Assembly (NCBI GenBank): GCA_964016885.1
Contig: OZ024743.1
Coordinates: 208,444,001 to 208,508,000 of the forward strand
Direction: 5' to 3'
DNA from: Eledone cirrhosa
Taxonomy: Eukaryota
DNA: 64,000 bases
In this document: piece after piece, positions 28,801-45,200 of the stretch
Layout of the letters: every line of letters starts with the position of its first letter
Numbering within the stretch: position 1 is the stretch's first letter
The notes under the pieces: generated by a model
What the model was told of the DNA's origin: nothing
What the model saw: the letters and a program-made list of their open reading frames with translations, nothing else
Databases searched by the model: none
Position numbers and translations under genes: made by a program

Positions 28801-31800
28801 TACCACAGTTTACCATCCTATAGCCACACATGAAAGCTCTTCACTCCATACGATATACCACAGTTTACCATCCTATAGCCACACATGAAAGCTCTTCACT
28901 CCATAAGATATACCACAGTTTACCATCCTATGGCCACACATGAAAGCTCTTCACTCCATAAGATATACCACAGTTTACCATTCTATGGCCACAGATGAAA
29001 GCTCTTCACTCCATAAGATATACCACAGTTTACCATCCTATAGCCACAGATGAAAGCTCTTCACTCCATAAGATATACCACAGTTTACCGTCCTATAGCC
29101 ACACATGAAAGCTCTTCACTCCATAACATATACCACAGTTTACCATCCTATAGGCACACATGAAAGCTCTTCACTCCATGAGATATACCACAGTTTACAA
29201 TCCTATAGCCACACATGAAAGCTCTTCACTCCATAACATATACCACAGTTTACCATCCTATAGCCACACATGAAAGCTCTTCACTCCATAAGATATACCA
29301 CAGTTTATCATCCTATAGCCACAGATGAAAGCTCTTCACTCCATAAGATATACCACAGTTTACCATCCTATAGCCACACATGAAAGCTCTTCACTCCATA
29401 AGATATACCACAGTTTACCGTCCTATAGCCACACATGAAAGCTCTTCACTCCATAACATATACCACAGTTTACCATCCTATAGCCACATATGAAAGCTCT
29501 TCACTCCATGAGATATACCAAGGTTTACAATCCTATAGCCACACATGAAAGCTCTTCACTCCATAACATATACCACAGTTTACCATCCTATAGCCACACA
29601 TGAAAGCTCTTCACTCCATAAGATATACCACAGTTTACCATCCTATAGCCACAGATGAAAGCTCTTCACTCCATAAGATATACCACAGTTTACCATCCTA
29701 TAGCCACACATGAAAGCTCTTCACTCCATAAGATATACCACAGTTTACCATCCTATAGCCACACATGAAAGCTCTTCACTCCATAAGATATACCACAGTT
29801 TACCATCCTATAGCCACACATGAAAGCTCTTCACTCCATAAGATATACCACAGTTTACCATCCTATAGCCACAGATGAAAGCTCTTCACTCCATAAGATA
29901 TACCACAGTTTACCATCCTATAGCTAGATGAAAGCTCTTCACTCCATAAGATATACCACAGTTTACCATCCTCTAGCCACAGATGAAAGCTCTTCACTCC
30001 ATAAGATATACCACAGTTTACCATCCTATAGCCACACATGAAAGCTCTTCACTCCATAAGATATAACACAGTTTACCATCTTATAGCCACAGATGAAAGC
30101 TCTTCACTCCATAAGATATACCACAGTTTACCATCCTATAGCCACACATGAAAGCTCTTCACTCCATAAGATATACAACAGTTTACCATCCTATAGTCAC
30201 ACATGAAAGCTCTTCACTCCGTAAGATATACCACAGTTTACCATCCTATAGCCACAGATGAAAGCTCTTCACTCCATAAGATATACCACAGTTTACCATC
30301 CTATAGCCACACATGAAAGCTCTTCACTCCATAAGATATACCACAGTTTACCATCCTATAGCCACAGATGAAAGCTCTTCACTCCATAAGATATACCACA
30401 GTTTACCATCCTATAGCCACACATGAAAGCTCTTCACTCCATAAGATATACCACAGTTTAGCATCCTATAGCCACACATGAAAGCTCTTCACTCCATAAG
30501 ATATACCACAGTTTACCATCCTATTGCCACAGATGAAAGCTCTTCACTCCATAAGATATACCACAGTTTACAATCCTATAGCCACACATGAAAGCTCTTC
30601 ACTCCATAACATATACCACAGTTTACCATCCTATAGCCACACATGAAAGCTCTTCGCTCCATAAGATATACCACAGTTTACCATCCTATAGCCACACATG
30701 AAAGCTCTTCACTCCATAAGATATACCACAGTTTACCACCCTATAGCCACACATGAAAGCTCTTCACTCCATAAGATATACCACAGTTTACCATCCTATA
30801 GCCACAGATGAAAGCTCTTCACTCCATAAGATATACCACAGTTTAACATCCTATAGCCACACATGAAAGCTCTTCACTCCATAAGATATACCACAGTTTA
30901 CCATCCTATAGCCACACATGAAAGCTCTTAACTCCATAAGATATACCACAGTTTACCATCCTATAGCCACACATGAAAGCTCTTCGCTCCATAAGATATA
31001 ACACAGTTTACCATCCTATAGCCACAGATGAAAGCTCTTCACCCCATAAGATATACCACAGTTTACCATCCTATAGGGAAACATGAAAGCTCTTCACTCC
31101 ATAAGATATACCACAGTTTACCATCCTATGGCCACAGATGAAAGCTCTTCACTCCATAAGATATACCAAAGTTTACCACCCTATGGCCACAGATGAAAGC
31201 TCTTCACTCCATAACATATACCACAGTTTACCATCATATAGCCAAACATGAAAGCTCTTCACTCCATAAGATATACCACAGTTTACCATCCTATAGTCAC
31301 AGATGAAAGCTCTTCACTCCATAAGATATACCACAGTTTACCATCCTATAGGCACACATGAAAGCTCTTCACTCCATAAGATATACCACAGTTTACCATC
31401 CTATAGCCACACATGAAAGTTCTTCACTCCATAAGATATACCACAGTTTACCATCCTATAGCCACGCCACGGATGAAAGCTCTTCACTCCATAAGATATA
31501 CCACAGTTTACCATCCTATAGCCACAGATGAAAGCTCTTCACTCCATAAGATATACCACAGTTTACCATCCTATTGCCACAGATGAAAGCTCTTCACTCC
31601 ATAAGATATACCACAGTTTACAATCCTATAGCCACACATGAAAGCTCTTCACTCCATAACATATACCACAGTTTACCATCCTATAGCCACACATGAAAGC
31701 TCTTCACTCCATAAGATATACCACAGTTTACCATCCTATAGCCACACATGAAAGCTCTTCACTCCATAAGATATAACACAGTTTAACATCCTATAGCCAC

Positions 31801-32960
31801 ACATGAAAGCTCTTCACTCCATAAGATATACCACAGTTTACCATCCTATAGCCACAGATGAAAGCTCTTCACTCCATAAGATATACCACAGTTTACTATC
31901 CTATAGCCACACATGAAAGCTCTTCACTCCATAAGATATACCACAGTTTACCATCCTATAGCCACACATGAAAGCTTTTCACTCCATAAGATATACCACA
32001 GTTTACCATCCTATAGCCACACATGAAAGCTCTTCACTCCATAAGATATACCACAGTTTACCATCCTATCGCCACACATGAAAGCTCTTCACTCCATAAG
32101 ATATAACACAGTTTACCATCCTATAGCCACAGATGAAAGCTCTTCACTCCATAAGATATACCACAGTTTACCATCCTATAGCCACACATGAAAGCTCTTC
32201 ACTCCATAAGATATACCACAGTTTACCATCCTATAGCCACAGATGAAAGCTCTTCACTCCATAAGATATACCACAGTTTACGATCCTATAGCTAGATGAA
32301 AGCTCTTCACTCCATAAGATATACCACAGTTTACCATCCTATAGCCACAGACGAAAGCTCTTCACTCCATAAGATATACCACAGTTTACCATCCTATAGC
32401 CACACATGAAAGCTCTTCACTCCATACGATATACCACAGTTTACCATCCTATAGCCACACATGAAAGCTCTTCACTCCATAAGATATACCACAGTTTACC
32501 ATCCTATGGCCACACATGAAAGCTCTTCACTCCATAAGATATACCACAGTTTACCATTCTATGGCCACAGATGAAAGCTCTTCACTCCATAAGATATACC
32601 ACAGTTTACCATCCTATAGCCACAGATGAAAGCTCTTCACTCCATAAGATATACCACAGTTTACCGTCCTATAGCCACACATGAAAGCTCTTCACTCCAT
32701 AACATATACCACAGTTTACCATCCTATAGGCACACATGAAAGCTCTTCACTCCATGAGATATACCACAGTTTACAATCCTATAGCCACACATGAAAGCTC
32801 TTCACTCCATAACATATACCACAGTTTACCATCCTATAGCCACACATGAAAGCTCTTCACTCCATAAGATATACCACAGTTTATCATCCTATAGCCACAG
32901 ATGAAAGCTCTTCACTCCATAAGATATACCACAGTTTACCATCCTATAGCCACACATGAA
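25810..32960. repeat. Near-perfect 3576-bp (65-monomer) tandem duplication
   Basis: ACCAAGGTTT 25941/29517, GGGAAACATG 27500/31076, 60-mer 27885/31461, TTTATCAT ~29304/32880, all at offset 3576 = 65x55 + 1. Confidence 0.92.
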
Positions 32961-35900
32961 AGCTCTTCACTCCATAAGATATACCACAGTTTACCATCCT
33001 ATAGCCACACATGAAAGCTCTTCACTCCATAAGATATACCACAGTTTACCATCCTATAGCCACACATGAAAGCTCTTCACTCCATAAGATATACCACAGT
33101 TTACCATCCTATAGCCACACATGAAAGCTCTTCACTCCATAAGATATACCACAGTTTACCATCCTATAGCCACAGATGAAAGCTCTTCACTCCATAAGAT
33201 ATACCACAGTTTACCATCCTATAGCTAGATGAAAGCTCTTCAATCCATAAGATATACCACAGTTTACCATCCTATAGCCACACATGAAATCTCTTCACTC
33301 CATACGATATACCACAGTTTACCATCCTATAGCCACACATGAAAGCTCTTCACTCCATAAGACATACCACAGTTTACCATCCTATAGCCACACATGAAAG
33401 ATCTTCACTCCATAAGATATAACACAGTTTACCATCCTATAGCCACACATGAAAACTCTTCACTCCATAAGATATACCACAGTTTACCATCCTATAGCCA
33501 CACATGAAAGCTCTTCACTCCATAAGATATACCACAGTTTACCATCCATAGCCACACATGAAAGCTCTTCATTCCATAAGATATACCACAGTTTAACATC
33601 CTATAGCCACAGATGAAAGCTCTTCACTCCATAAGATATACCACAGTTTACCATCCTATAGCCACACATGAAAGCTCTTCACTCCATAAGATATACCACC
33701 GTTTACCATCCTATAGCCACACATGAAAGCTCTTCACTCCATAATATATAACACAGTTTACCATCCTATAGCCACAGATGAAAGCTCTTCACTCCATAAG
33801 ATATACCACAGTTTACCATCCTATAGCCTCACATGAAAGCTCTTCACTCCATAAGATATACCACAGTTTACCATCCTATTGCCACAGATGAAAGCTCTTC
33901 ACTCCATAAGATATAACACAGTTTACAATCCTATAGCCACACATGAAAGCTCTTCACTCCATAACATATACCACAGTTTACCATCCTATAGCCACACATG
34001 AAAGCTCTTCGCTCCATAAGATATACCACAGTTTACCATCCTATAGCCACACATGAAAGCTCTTCACTCCATAAGATATACCACAGTTTAACATCCTATA
34101 GCCACAGATGAAAGCTCTTCACTCCATAAGATATACCACAGTTTACCATCCTATAGCCACAGACGAAAGCTCTTCACTCCATAAGATATACCACAGTTTA
34201 CCATCCTATAGCCACACATGAAATCTCTTCACTCCATACGATATACCACAATTTACCATCCTATAGCCACACATGAAAGCTCTTCGCTCCATAAGATATA
34301 CCACAGTTTACCATCCTATAGCCACACATGAAAGCTCTTCACTCCATAAGATATACCACAGTTTACCATCCTATAGCCACAGATGAAAGCTCTTCACTCC
34401 ATAAGATATACCACAGTTTACCATCCTATAGCTAGATGAAAGCTCTTCACTCCATAAGATATACCACAGTTTACCATCCTATAGCCACACATGAAAGCTC
34501 TTCACTCCATAAGATATACCACAGTTTACCATCCCATAGCCACACATGAAAGCTCTTCACTCCATAAGATATAACACAGTTTACCATCCTATAGCCACAC
34601 ATGAAAGCTCTTCACTCCATAAGATATACCACAGTTTACAATCCTATAGCCACAGATGAAAGCTCTTCACTCCATAAGATATACCACAGTTTACCATCCT
34701 ATAGCCACACATGAAAGCTCTTCACTCCATAAGATATACCACAGTTTACCATCCTATGGCCACACATGAAAGCTTTTCACTCCATAAGATATACCACAAT
34801 TTACCATTCTATGGCCACAGATGAAAGCTCTTCACTCCATAAGATATACCACAGTTTACCATCCTATAGCCACAGATGAAAGCTCTTCACTCCATAAGAT
34901 ATACCACAGTTTACCGTCCTACAGCCACACATGAAAGCTCTTCACTCCATAACATATACCACAGTTTACCATCCTATAGCCACACATGAAAGCTCTTCAC
35001 TCCATGAGATATACCACATTTTACAATCCTATAGCCACACATGAAAGCTCTTCACTCCATAACATATACCACAGTTTACCATCCTATAGCCACACATGAA
35101 AGCTCTTCACTCCATAAGATATACCACAGTTTACCATCCTATAGCCACAGATGAAAGCTCTTCACTCCATAAGATATACCTCAGTTTACCATCCTATAGC
35201 CACACATGAAAGCTCTTCACTCCATAAGATATACCACAGTTTACCATCCTATAGCCACAGATGAAAGCTCTTCACTCCATAAGATATACCACAGTTTACC
35301 ATCCTATAGCCACACATGAAAGCTCTTCACTCCATAAGATATACCACAGTTTACCATCCTATAGCCACAGATGAAAGCTCTTCACTCCATAAGATATACC
35401 ACAGTTTACCATCCTATAGCTAGATGAAAGCTCTTCACTCCATAAGATATACCACAGTTTACCATCCTATAGCCACAGATGAAAGCTCTTCACTCCATAA
35501 GATATACCACAGTTTACCATCCTATAGTCACACATGAAAGCTCTTCACTCCATAAGATATACCACAGTTTACCATCCTATAGCCACACATGAAAGCTCTT
35601 CACTCCATAAGATATAACACAGTTTACCATCCTATAGCCACACATGAAAGCTCTTCACTCCATAAGATATACCACAGTTTACCATCCTATAGCCACACAT
35701 GAAAGCTCTTCACTCCATAAGATATACCACAGTTTACCATCCATAGCCACACATGAAAGCTCTTCATTCCATAAGATATACCACAGTTTACCATCCTATA
35801 GCCACAGATGAAAGCTCTTCACTCCATAAGATATACCAGAGTTTACCATCCTATAGCCACACATGAAAGCTCTTCACTCCATAAGATATACCACCGTTTA

Positions 35901-38900
35901 CCATCCTATAGCCACACATGAAAGCTCTTCACTCCATAATATATAACACAGTTTACCATCCTATAGCCACAGATGAAAGCTCTTCACTCCATAAGATATA
36001 CCACAGTTTACCATCCTATAGCCACACATGAAAGCTCTTCACTCCATAAGATATACCACAGTTTACCATCCTATAGCCACAGATGAAACCTCTTCACTCC
36101 ATAAGATATACCACAATTTACTATCCTATAGCCACACATGAAAGCTCTTCACTCCATAAGATATACCACAGTTTACCATCCTTTAGCCACACATGAAAGC
36201 TCTTCACTCCACAAGATATACCACAGTTTACCATCCTATAGCCACACATGAAAGCTCTTCACTCCATAAGATATACCACAGTTTACCATCCTATAGCCAG
36301 AGATGAAATCTCATCACTCCATAAGATATACCACAGTTTACCATCCTATAGCTAGATGAAAGCTCTACACTCCATAAGATATACCACAGTTAACCATCCT
36401 ATAGCCACAGATGAAAGCTCTTCACTCCATAAGATATACCACAGTTTACCATCCTATAGCCACACATGAAAGCTCTTCACTCCATAAGATATACCACAGT
36501 TTACCATCCTATAGCCACAGATGAAAGCTCTTCACTCCATAAGATATACCACAGTTTACGATCCTATAGCTATATGAAAGCTCTTCACTCCATAAGATAT
36601 ACCACAGTTTACCATCCTATAGCCACAGACGAAAGCTCTTCACTCCATAAGATATACCACAATTTACCATCCTATAGCCACACATGAAAGCTCTTCACTC
36701 CATAAGATATACCACAGTTTACCATCCTATAGCCACACATGAAAGCTCTTCACTCCATAAGATATAACACAGTTTACCATCCTATAGCCACAGATGAAAG
36801 CTCTTCACTCCATAAGATATACCACAGTTTACCATCCTATAGCCACACATGACAGCTCTTCACTCCATAAGATATACCACAGTTTACCAACCTATGGCCA
36901 CACATGAAAGCTCTTCACTCCATAAGATATACCACAGTTTACCATCCTATAGCCACACATGAAAGCTCTTCACTCCATAAGATATAACACAGTTTACCAT
37001 CCTATAGCCACACATGAAAGCTCTTCACTCCATAAGATATACCACAGTTTACCATCCTATAGCTAGATGAAAGCTCTTCACTCCATAAGATATACCACAG
37101 TTTACCATCCTATAGCCACAGATGAAAGCTCTTCACTCCATAAGATATACCACAGTTTACCATCCTATAGCCACACATGAAAGCTCTTCACTCCATAAGA
37201 TATACCACAGTTTACCATCCTATAGCCACACATGAACGCTCTTCACTCCATAAGATATAACACAGTTTACCATCCTATAGCCACAGATGAAAGCTCTTCA
37301 CTCCATAAGATATACCACAGTTTACCATCCTATAGCCACACATGAAACTCTTCACTCCATAAGATATACCACAGTTTACCTTCCTATAGCCACAGATGAA
37401 AGCTCTTCACTCCATAAGATATACCACAGTTTACGATCCTATAGCTAGATGAAAGCTCTTCACTCCATAAGATATACCACAGTTTACCATCCTATAGCCA
37501 CAGATGAAAGCTCTTCACTCCATAACATATACCACAGTTTACCATCCTATAGCCACACATGAAAGCTCTTCACTCCATAAGATATACCACAGTTTACAAT
37601 CCTATAGCCACACATGAAAGCTCTTCACTCCATAACATATACCACAGTTTACCATCCTATAGCCACACATGAAAGCTCTTCACTCCATAAGATATACCAC
37701 AGTTTACCATCCTATAGTCACAGATGAAAGCTCTTCACTCCATAAGATATACCACAGTTTACCATCCTATAGCTCGATGAAAGCTCTTCACTCCATAAGA
37801 TATACCACAGTTTACCATCCTATAGCCACAGATGAAAGCTCTTCACTCCATCAGATATACCACAGTTTACCATCCTATAGCCACACATGATAGCTTTTCA
37901 CTCCATAAGATATACCACAGTTTACCATCCTATAGCCACACATGAAAGCTCTTCACTCCATAAGATATACCACAGTTTACCATCCTATAGCCACACATGA
38001 ATGCTCTTCACTCCATAAGATATACCACAGTTTACCATCCTATAGCCACACATGAAAGCTCTTCACTCCATAAGATATACCACAGTTTACCATCCTATAG
38101 CCACAGATGAAAGCTCTTCACTCCATAAGATATACCACAGTTTACCATCCTATAGCCACAGATGAAAGCTCTTCGCTCCATAAGATATAACACAGTTTAC
38201 CATCCTATAGCCACAGATGAAAACTCTTCACCCCATAAGATATACCACAGTTTACCATCCTATAGGAAAACATGAAAGCTCTTCACTCCATAAGATATAC
38301 GACAGTTTACCATCCTATAGCCACACATGAAAGCTCTTCACTCCATAAGATATACCACAGTTTACCATCCTATAGCCACACATGAAAGCTCTTCATTCCA
38401 TAAGATATACCACAGTTTACCATCCTATAGCTACAGATGAAAGCTCTTCACTCCATAAGATATACCACAGTTTACCATCCTATAGCTAGATGAAAGCTCT
38501 TCACTCCATAAGATATACCACAGTTTACCATCCTATAGCCACAGATGAAAGCTCTTCACTCCATAAGATATACCACAGTTTACCATCTTATAGCCACACA
38601 TGAAAGCTCTTCATTCCATAAGATATACCACAGTTTACCATCCTATAGCCACAGATGAAAGCTCTTCACTCCATAAGATATACAACAGTTTACCATCCTA
38701 TAGCTAGATGAAAGCTCTTCACTCCATAAGATATACCACAGTTTACCATCCTAGAGCCACAGATGAAAGCTCTTCACTCCATAAGATATACCACAGTTTA
38801 CCATCCTATAGCCACACATGAAAGCTCTTCACTCCATAAGATATACCACCGTTTACCATCCTATAGCCACACATGAAAGCTCTTCACTCCATAATATATA

Positions 38901-39249
38901 ACACAGTTTACCATCCTATAGCCACAGATGAAAGCTCTTCACTCCATAAGATATACCACAGTTTACCATCCTATAGCCACACATGAAAGCTCTTCACTCC
39001 ATAAGATATACCACAGTTTACCATCCTATAGCCACACATGAAATCTCTTCACTCCATAAGATATACCACAGTTTACCATCCTATAGCCACAGATGAAAGC
39101 TCTTCACTCCATAAGATATACCACAGTTTACCATCCTATAGCTAGATGAAAGCTCTTCACCCCATAAGATATACCACAGCTTACCATCCTATAGCCACAC
39201 ATGAAAGCTCTTCACTCCATAAGATATACCACAGTTTACCATCCTATAG

Positions 39250-42200
39250 CCACAGATGAAAGCTCTTCACTCCATAAGATATACCACAGTTTACCATCCT
39301 ATAGCCACACATGAAAGCTCTTCACTCCATAAGATATAACACAGTTTACCATCCTATGGCCACAGATGAAAGCTCTTCACTCCATAAGATACACCACAGT
39401 TTACCATCCTATAGCCAGATGAAAGCTCTTCACTCCATAAGATATACCACAGTTTACCATCCTATAGCCACAGATGAAAGTTCTTCACTCCATAAGATAT
39501 ACCACAGTTTACCATCCTATGGCCACACATGAAAGCTCTTCACTCCATAAGATATACCACAGTTTACCATTCTATGGCCACAGATGAAAGCTCTTCACTC
39601 CATAAGTTATACCACAGTTTACCATCCTATAGTCACAGATGAAAGCTCTTCACTCCATAAGATATACCACAGTTTACAATCCTATAGCCACACATGAAAG
39701 CTCTTCACTCCATAAGATATACCACAGTTTACCATCCTATAGCCACACATGAAAGCTCTTCACTCCATAAGATATACCACAGTTTACCATCCTATAGCCA
39801 CACATGAAAGCTCTTCACTCCATAAGATATACCACAGTTTACCATCCTATAGCCACACATGAAAGCTCTTCACTCCATGAGATATACCACAGTTTACCAT
39901 CCTATAGCCACACATGAAAGCTCTTCACTCCATAAGATATACCACAGTTTACCATCCTATAGCCACACATGAAAGCTCTTCACTCCATAAGATATACCAC
40001 AGTTTACCATCCTATAGCCACAGATCAAAGCTCTTCACTCCATAAGATATACCACAGTTTACCATCCTATAGCTAGATGAAAGCTCTTCACTCCATAAGA
40101 TATACCACAGTTTACCATCCTATAGCCACAGATGAAAGCTCTTCACTCCATAAGATATACCACAGTTTACCATCCTATAGCCACACATGAAAACTCTTCA
40201 CTCCATAAGATATACCACAGTTTACCATCCTATAGCCACACATGAAAGCTCTTCACTCCATAAGATATAACACAGTTTACCATCCTATAGCCACACATGA
40301 AAGCTCTTCACTCCATAAGATATACCACAGTTTACCATCCTATAGCCACACATGAAATCTCTTCACTCCATAAGATATACCACAGTTTACCATCCTATAG
40401 CCACACATGAAAGCTCTTCACTCCATGAGATATACCACAGTTTACCATCCTATAGCCACAGATGAAAGCTCTTCACTCCATAAGATATACCACAGTTTAC
40501 CATCCTATAGCCACAGATGAAAGCTCTTCGCTCCATAAGATATAACACAGTTTACCATCCTATAGCCACAGATGAAAGCTCTTCACCCCATAAGATATAC
40601 CACAGTTTACCATCCTATAGGACAACATGAAAGCTCTTCACTCCATAAGATATACCACAGTTTACCATCCTATGGCTACAGATGAAAGCTCTTCACTCCA
40701 TAAGATATACCAAAGTTTACCACCCTATGGCCACAGATGAAAGCTCTTCACTCCATAACATATACCACAGTTTACCATCATATAGCCGCACATGAAAGCT
40801 CTTCACTCCATAAGATATACCACAGTTTACCATCCTATAGCCACAGATGAAAGCTCTTCACTCCATAAGATATACCACAGTTTACCATCCTATAGGCACA
40901 CATGAAAGCTCTTCACTCCATAAGATATACCACAGTTTACCATCCTATAGCCACACATGAGAGCTCTTCACTCCATAAGATATACCACAGTTTACCATCC
41001 TATAGCCACGCCACGGATGAAAGCTCTTCACTCCATAAGATATACCACAGTTTACCATCCTATAGCCACATATGAAAGGTCTTCACTCCATAAGATATAC
41101 CGCAGTTTACCATCCTATTGCCACAGATGAAAGCTCTTCACTCCATAAGATATACCACAGTTTACAATCCTATAGCCACACATGAAAACTCTTCACTCCA
41201 TAACATATAGCACAGTTTACCATCCTATAGCCACACATGAAAGCTCTTCACTCCATAAGATATACCACAGTTTACCATCCTATAGCCACACATGAAAGCT
41301 CTTCACTCCATAAGATATACCACAGTTTACCATCCTATAGCCACACATGAAAGCTCTTCACTCCATAAGATATACCACAGTTTACCATCCTTTAGCCACA
41401 CATGAAAGCTCTTCACTCCATAAGATATACCACAGTTTACCATCCTATAGCCACACATGAAAGCTCTTCACTCCATAAGATATACCACAGTTTACCATCC
41501 TATAGCCACACATGAAAGCTCTTCACTCCATAAGATATACCACAGTTTACCATCCTATAGCCACAGATGAAAGCTCTTCACTCCATAAGATATACCACAG
41601 TTTACCATCCTATGGCTAGATGAAAGCTCTTCACTCCATAAGATATACCACAGTTTACCATCCTATAGCCACAGATGAAAGCTCTTCATTCCATAAGATA
41701 TACCACAGTTTACCATCCTATAGCCACACATGAAAGCTCTTCACTCCATAAGATATAACACAGTTTACCATCCTATAGCCACACATGAAAGCTCTTCACT
41801 CCATAAGATATACTACAGTTTACCATCCTATAGCCACACATGAAAGCTCTTCACTCCATAAGATATACCACAGTTTACCATGCTATAGCCACACATGAAA
41901 GCTCTTCACTCCATAAGATATACCACAGTTTACCATCCTATAGCCACAGATGAAAGCTCTTCACTCCATAAGATATACCACAGTTTACCATCCTATAGCT
42001 AGATGAAAGCTCTTCACTCCATAAGATATACCACAGTTTACCATCCTATAGCCACAGATGAAATCTCTTCACTCCATAAGATATACCACAGTTTACCATC
42101 CTATAGCCACAGATGAAAGCTCTTCACTCCATAAGATATACCACAGTTCACCATCCTATAGCCACACATGAAAGCTCTTCACTCCATAAGATATACCACA

Positions 42201-45200
42201 GTTTACCATCCTATGGCCACACATGAAAGCTCTTCACTCCATAAGATATACCACAGTTTACCATTCTATGGCCACAGATGAAAGCTCTTCACTCCATAAG
42301 ATATACCACAGTTTACCATCCTATAGCCACAGATGAAAGCTCTTCACTCCATAAGATATACCACAGTTTACCGTCCTATAGCCACACATGAAAGCTCTTC
42401 ACTCAATAACATATACCACAGTTTACCATCCTATAGCCACACATGAAAGCTCTTCACTCCATAAGATATACCACAGTTTACAATCCTATAGCCACACATG
42501 AAAGCTCTTCACTCCATAACATATACCACAGTTTACCATCCTATAGCCACCCATGAAAGCTCTTCACTCCATAAGATATACCACAGTTTACCATCCTATA
42601 GCCACACATGAAAGCTCTTCACTCCATAAGATATACAACAGTTTACCATCCTATAGCCACATATGAAAGCTCTTCACTCCATAAGATATACCACAGTTTA
42701 CCATCCTATAGGCACACATGAAAGCTCTTCACTCCATAAGATATACCACAGTTTACCATCCTATAGCCACAGATGAAAGCTCTTCACTCCATAAGATATA
42801 CCACAGTTTACCATCCTATAGCCACAGATGAAAGCTCTTCACTCCATAAGATATACCACAGTTTACCATCCTATAGCTAGATGAAAGCTCTTCACTCCAT
42901 AAGATATAACACAGTTTACCATCCTATAGCCACACATGAAAGCTCTTCACTCCATAAGATATACCACAGTTTACCATCCTATAGCCACACATGAAAGCTC
43001 TTCACTCCATAAGATATACCACAGTTTACCATCCTATAGCCACACATGAAAGCTCTTCACTCCATAAGATATACCACAGTTTACCATCCTATAGCCACAG
43101 ATGAAAGCTCTTCACTCCATAAGATATACCACAGTTTACCATCCTATAGCCACAGATGAAAGCTCTTTGCTCCATAAGATATAACACAGTTTACCATCCT
43201 ATAGCCACAGATGAAAGCTCTTCACCCCATAAGATATACCACAGTTTACCATCCTATAGGAAAACATGAAAGCTCTTCACTCCATAAGATATACCACAGT
43301 TTACCATCCTATAGCCACAGATGAAAGCTCTTCACTCCGTAAGATATACCACAGTTTACCATCCTATAGCCACACATGAAAACTCTTCACTCCATAAGAT
43401 ATACCACAGTTTACCATCCTATAGCCACACATGAAAGCTCTTCACTCCATAAGATATAACACAGTTTACCATCCTATAGCCACACATGAAAGCTCTTCAC
43501 TCCATAAGATATACCACAGTTTACCATCCTATAGCCACACATGAAAGCTCTTCACTCCATAAGATATACCACAGTTTACCATCCTATAGCCACACATGAA
43601 AGCTCTTCACTCCATAAGATATACCACAGTTTACCATCCTATAGCCACAGATGAAAGCTCTTCACTCCATAAGATATACCACAGTTTACCATCCTATAGC
43701 CACAGATGAAAGCTCTTCGCTCCATAAGATATAACACAGTTTACCATCCTATAGCCACAGATGAAAGCTCTTCACCCCATAAGATATACCACAGTTTACC
43801 ATCCTATAGGACAACATGAAAGCTCTTCACTCCATAAGATATACCACAGTTTACCATCCTATGGCGACAGATGAAAGCTCTTCACTCCATAAGATATACC
43901 ACAGTTTACCATCCTATAGGCACACATGAAAGCTCTTCACTCCATAAGATATACCACAGTTTACCATCCTATAGCCACAGATGAAAGCTCTTCACTCCAT
44001 AAGATATACCACAGTTTACCATCCTATAGCCACAGATGAAAGCTCTTCACTCCATAAGATATACCACAGTTTACCATCCTATAGCTAGATGAAAGCTCTT
44101 CACTCCATAAGATATAACACAGTTTACCATCCTATAGCCACACATGAAAGCTCTTCACTCCATAAGATATACCACAGTTTACCATCCTATAGCCACACAT
44201 GAAAGCTCTTCACTCCATAAGATATACCACAGTTTACCATCCTATAGCCACACATGAAAGCTCTTCACTCCATAAGATATACCACAGTTTACCATCCTAT
44301 AGCCACAGATGAAAGCTCTTCACTCCATAAGATAAACCACAGTTTACCATCCTATAGCCACAGATGAAAGCTCTTCGCTCCATAAGATATAACACAGTTT
44401 ACCATCCTATAGCCACAGATGAAAGCTCTTCACCCCATAAGATATACCACAGTTTACCATCCTATAGGAAAACATGAAAGCTCTTCACTCCATAAGATAT
44501 ACCACAGTTTACCATCCTATGGCCACAGATGAAAGCTCTTCACTCCATAAGATATACCAAAGTTTACCACCCTATGGCCACAGATGAAAGCTCTTCACTC
44601 CATAACATATACCACAGTTTACCATCATATAGCCACACATGAAAGCTCTTCACTCCATAAGATATACAACAGTTTACCATCCTATAGCCACAGAAAAAGC
44701 TCTTCACTCCATAAGATATACCAGAGTTTACCATCCTATAGCCACAGATGAAAGCTCTTCACTCCATAAGATATACCACAGTTTACCATCCTATAGCTAG
44801 ATGAAAGCTCTTCACTCCATAAGATATACCACAGTTTACCATCCTATAGCCACAGATGAAATCTCTTCACTCCATAAGATATACCACAGTTTACCATCCT
44901 ATAGCCACACATGAAAACTCTTCACTCCATAAAATATACCACAGTTTACCATCCTATAGCCACACATGAAAGCTCTTCACTCCATAAGATATAACACAGT
45001 TTACCATCCTATAGCCACACATGAAAGCTCTTCACTCCATAAGATATACCACAGTTTTCCATCCTATAGCCACACATGAAAGCTCTTCACTCCATAAGAT
45101 ATACCACAGTTTACCATCCTATAGCCACACATGAAAGCTCTTCACTCCATAAGATATACCACAGTTTACCATCCTATAGCCACAGATGAAAGCTCTTCAC

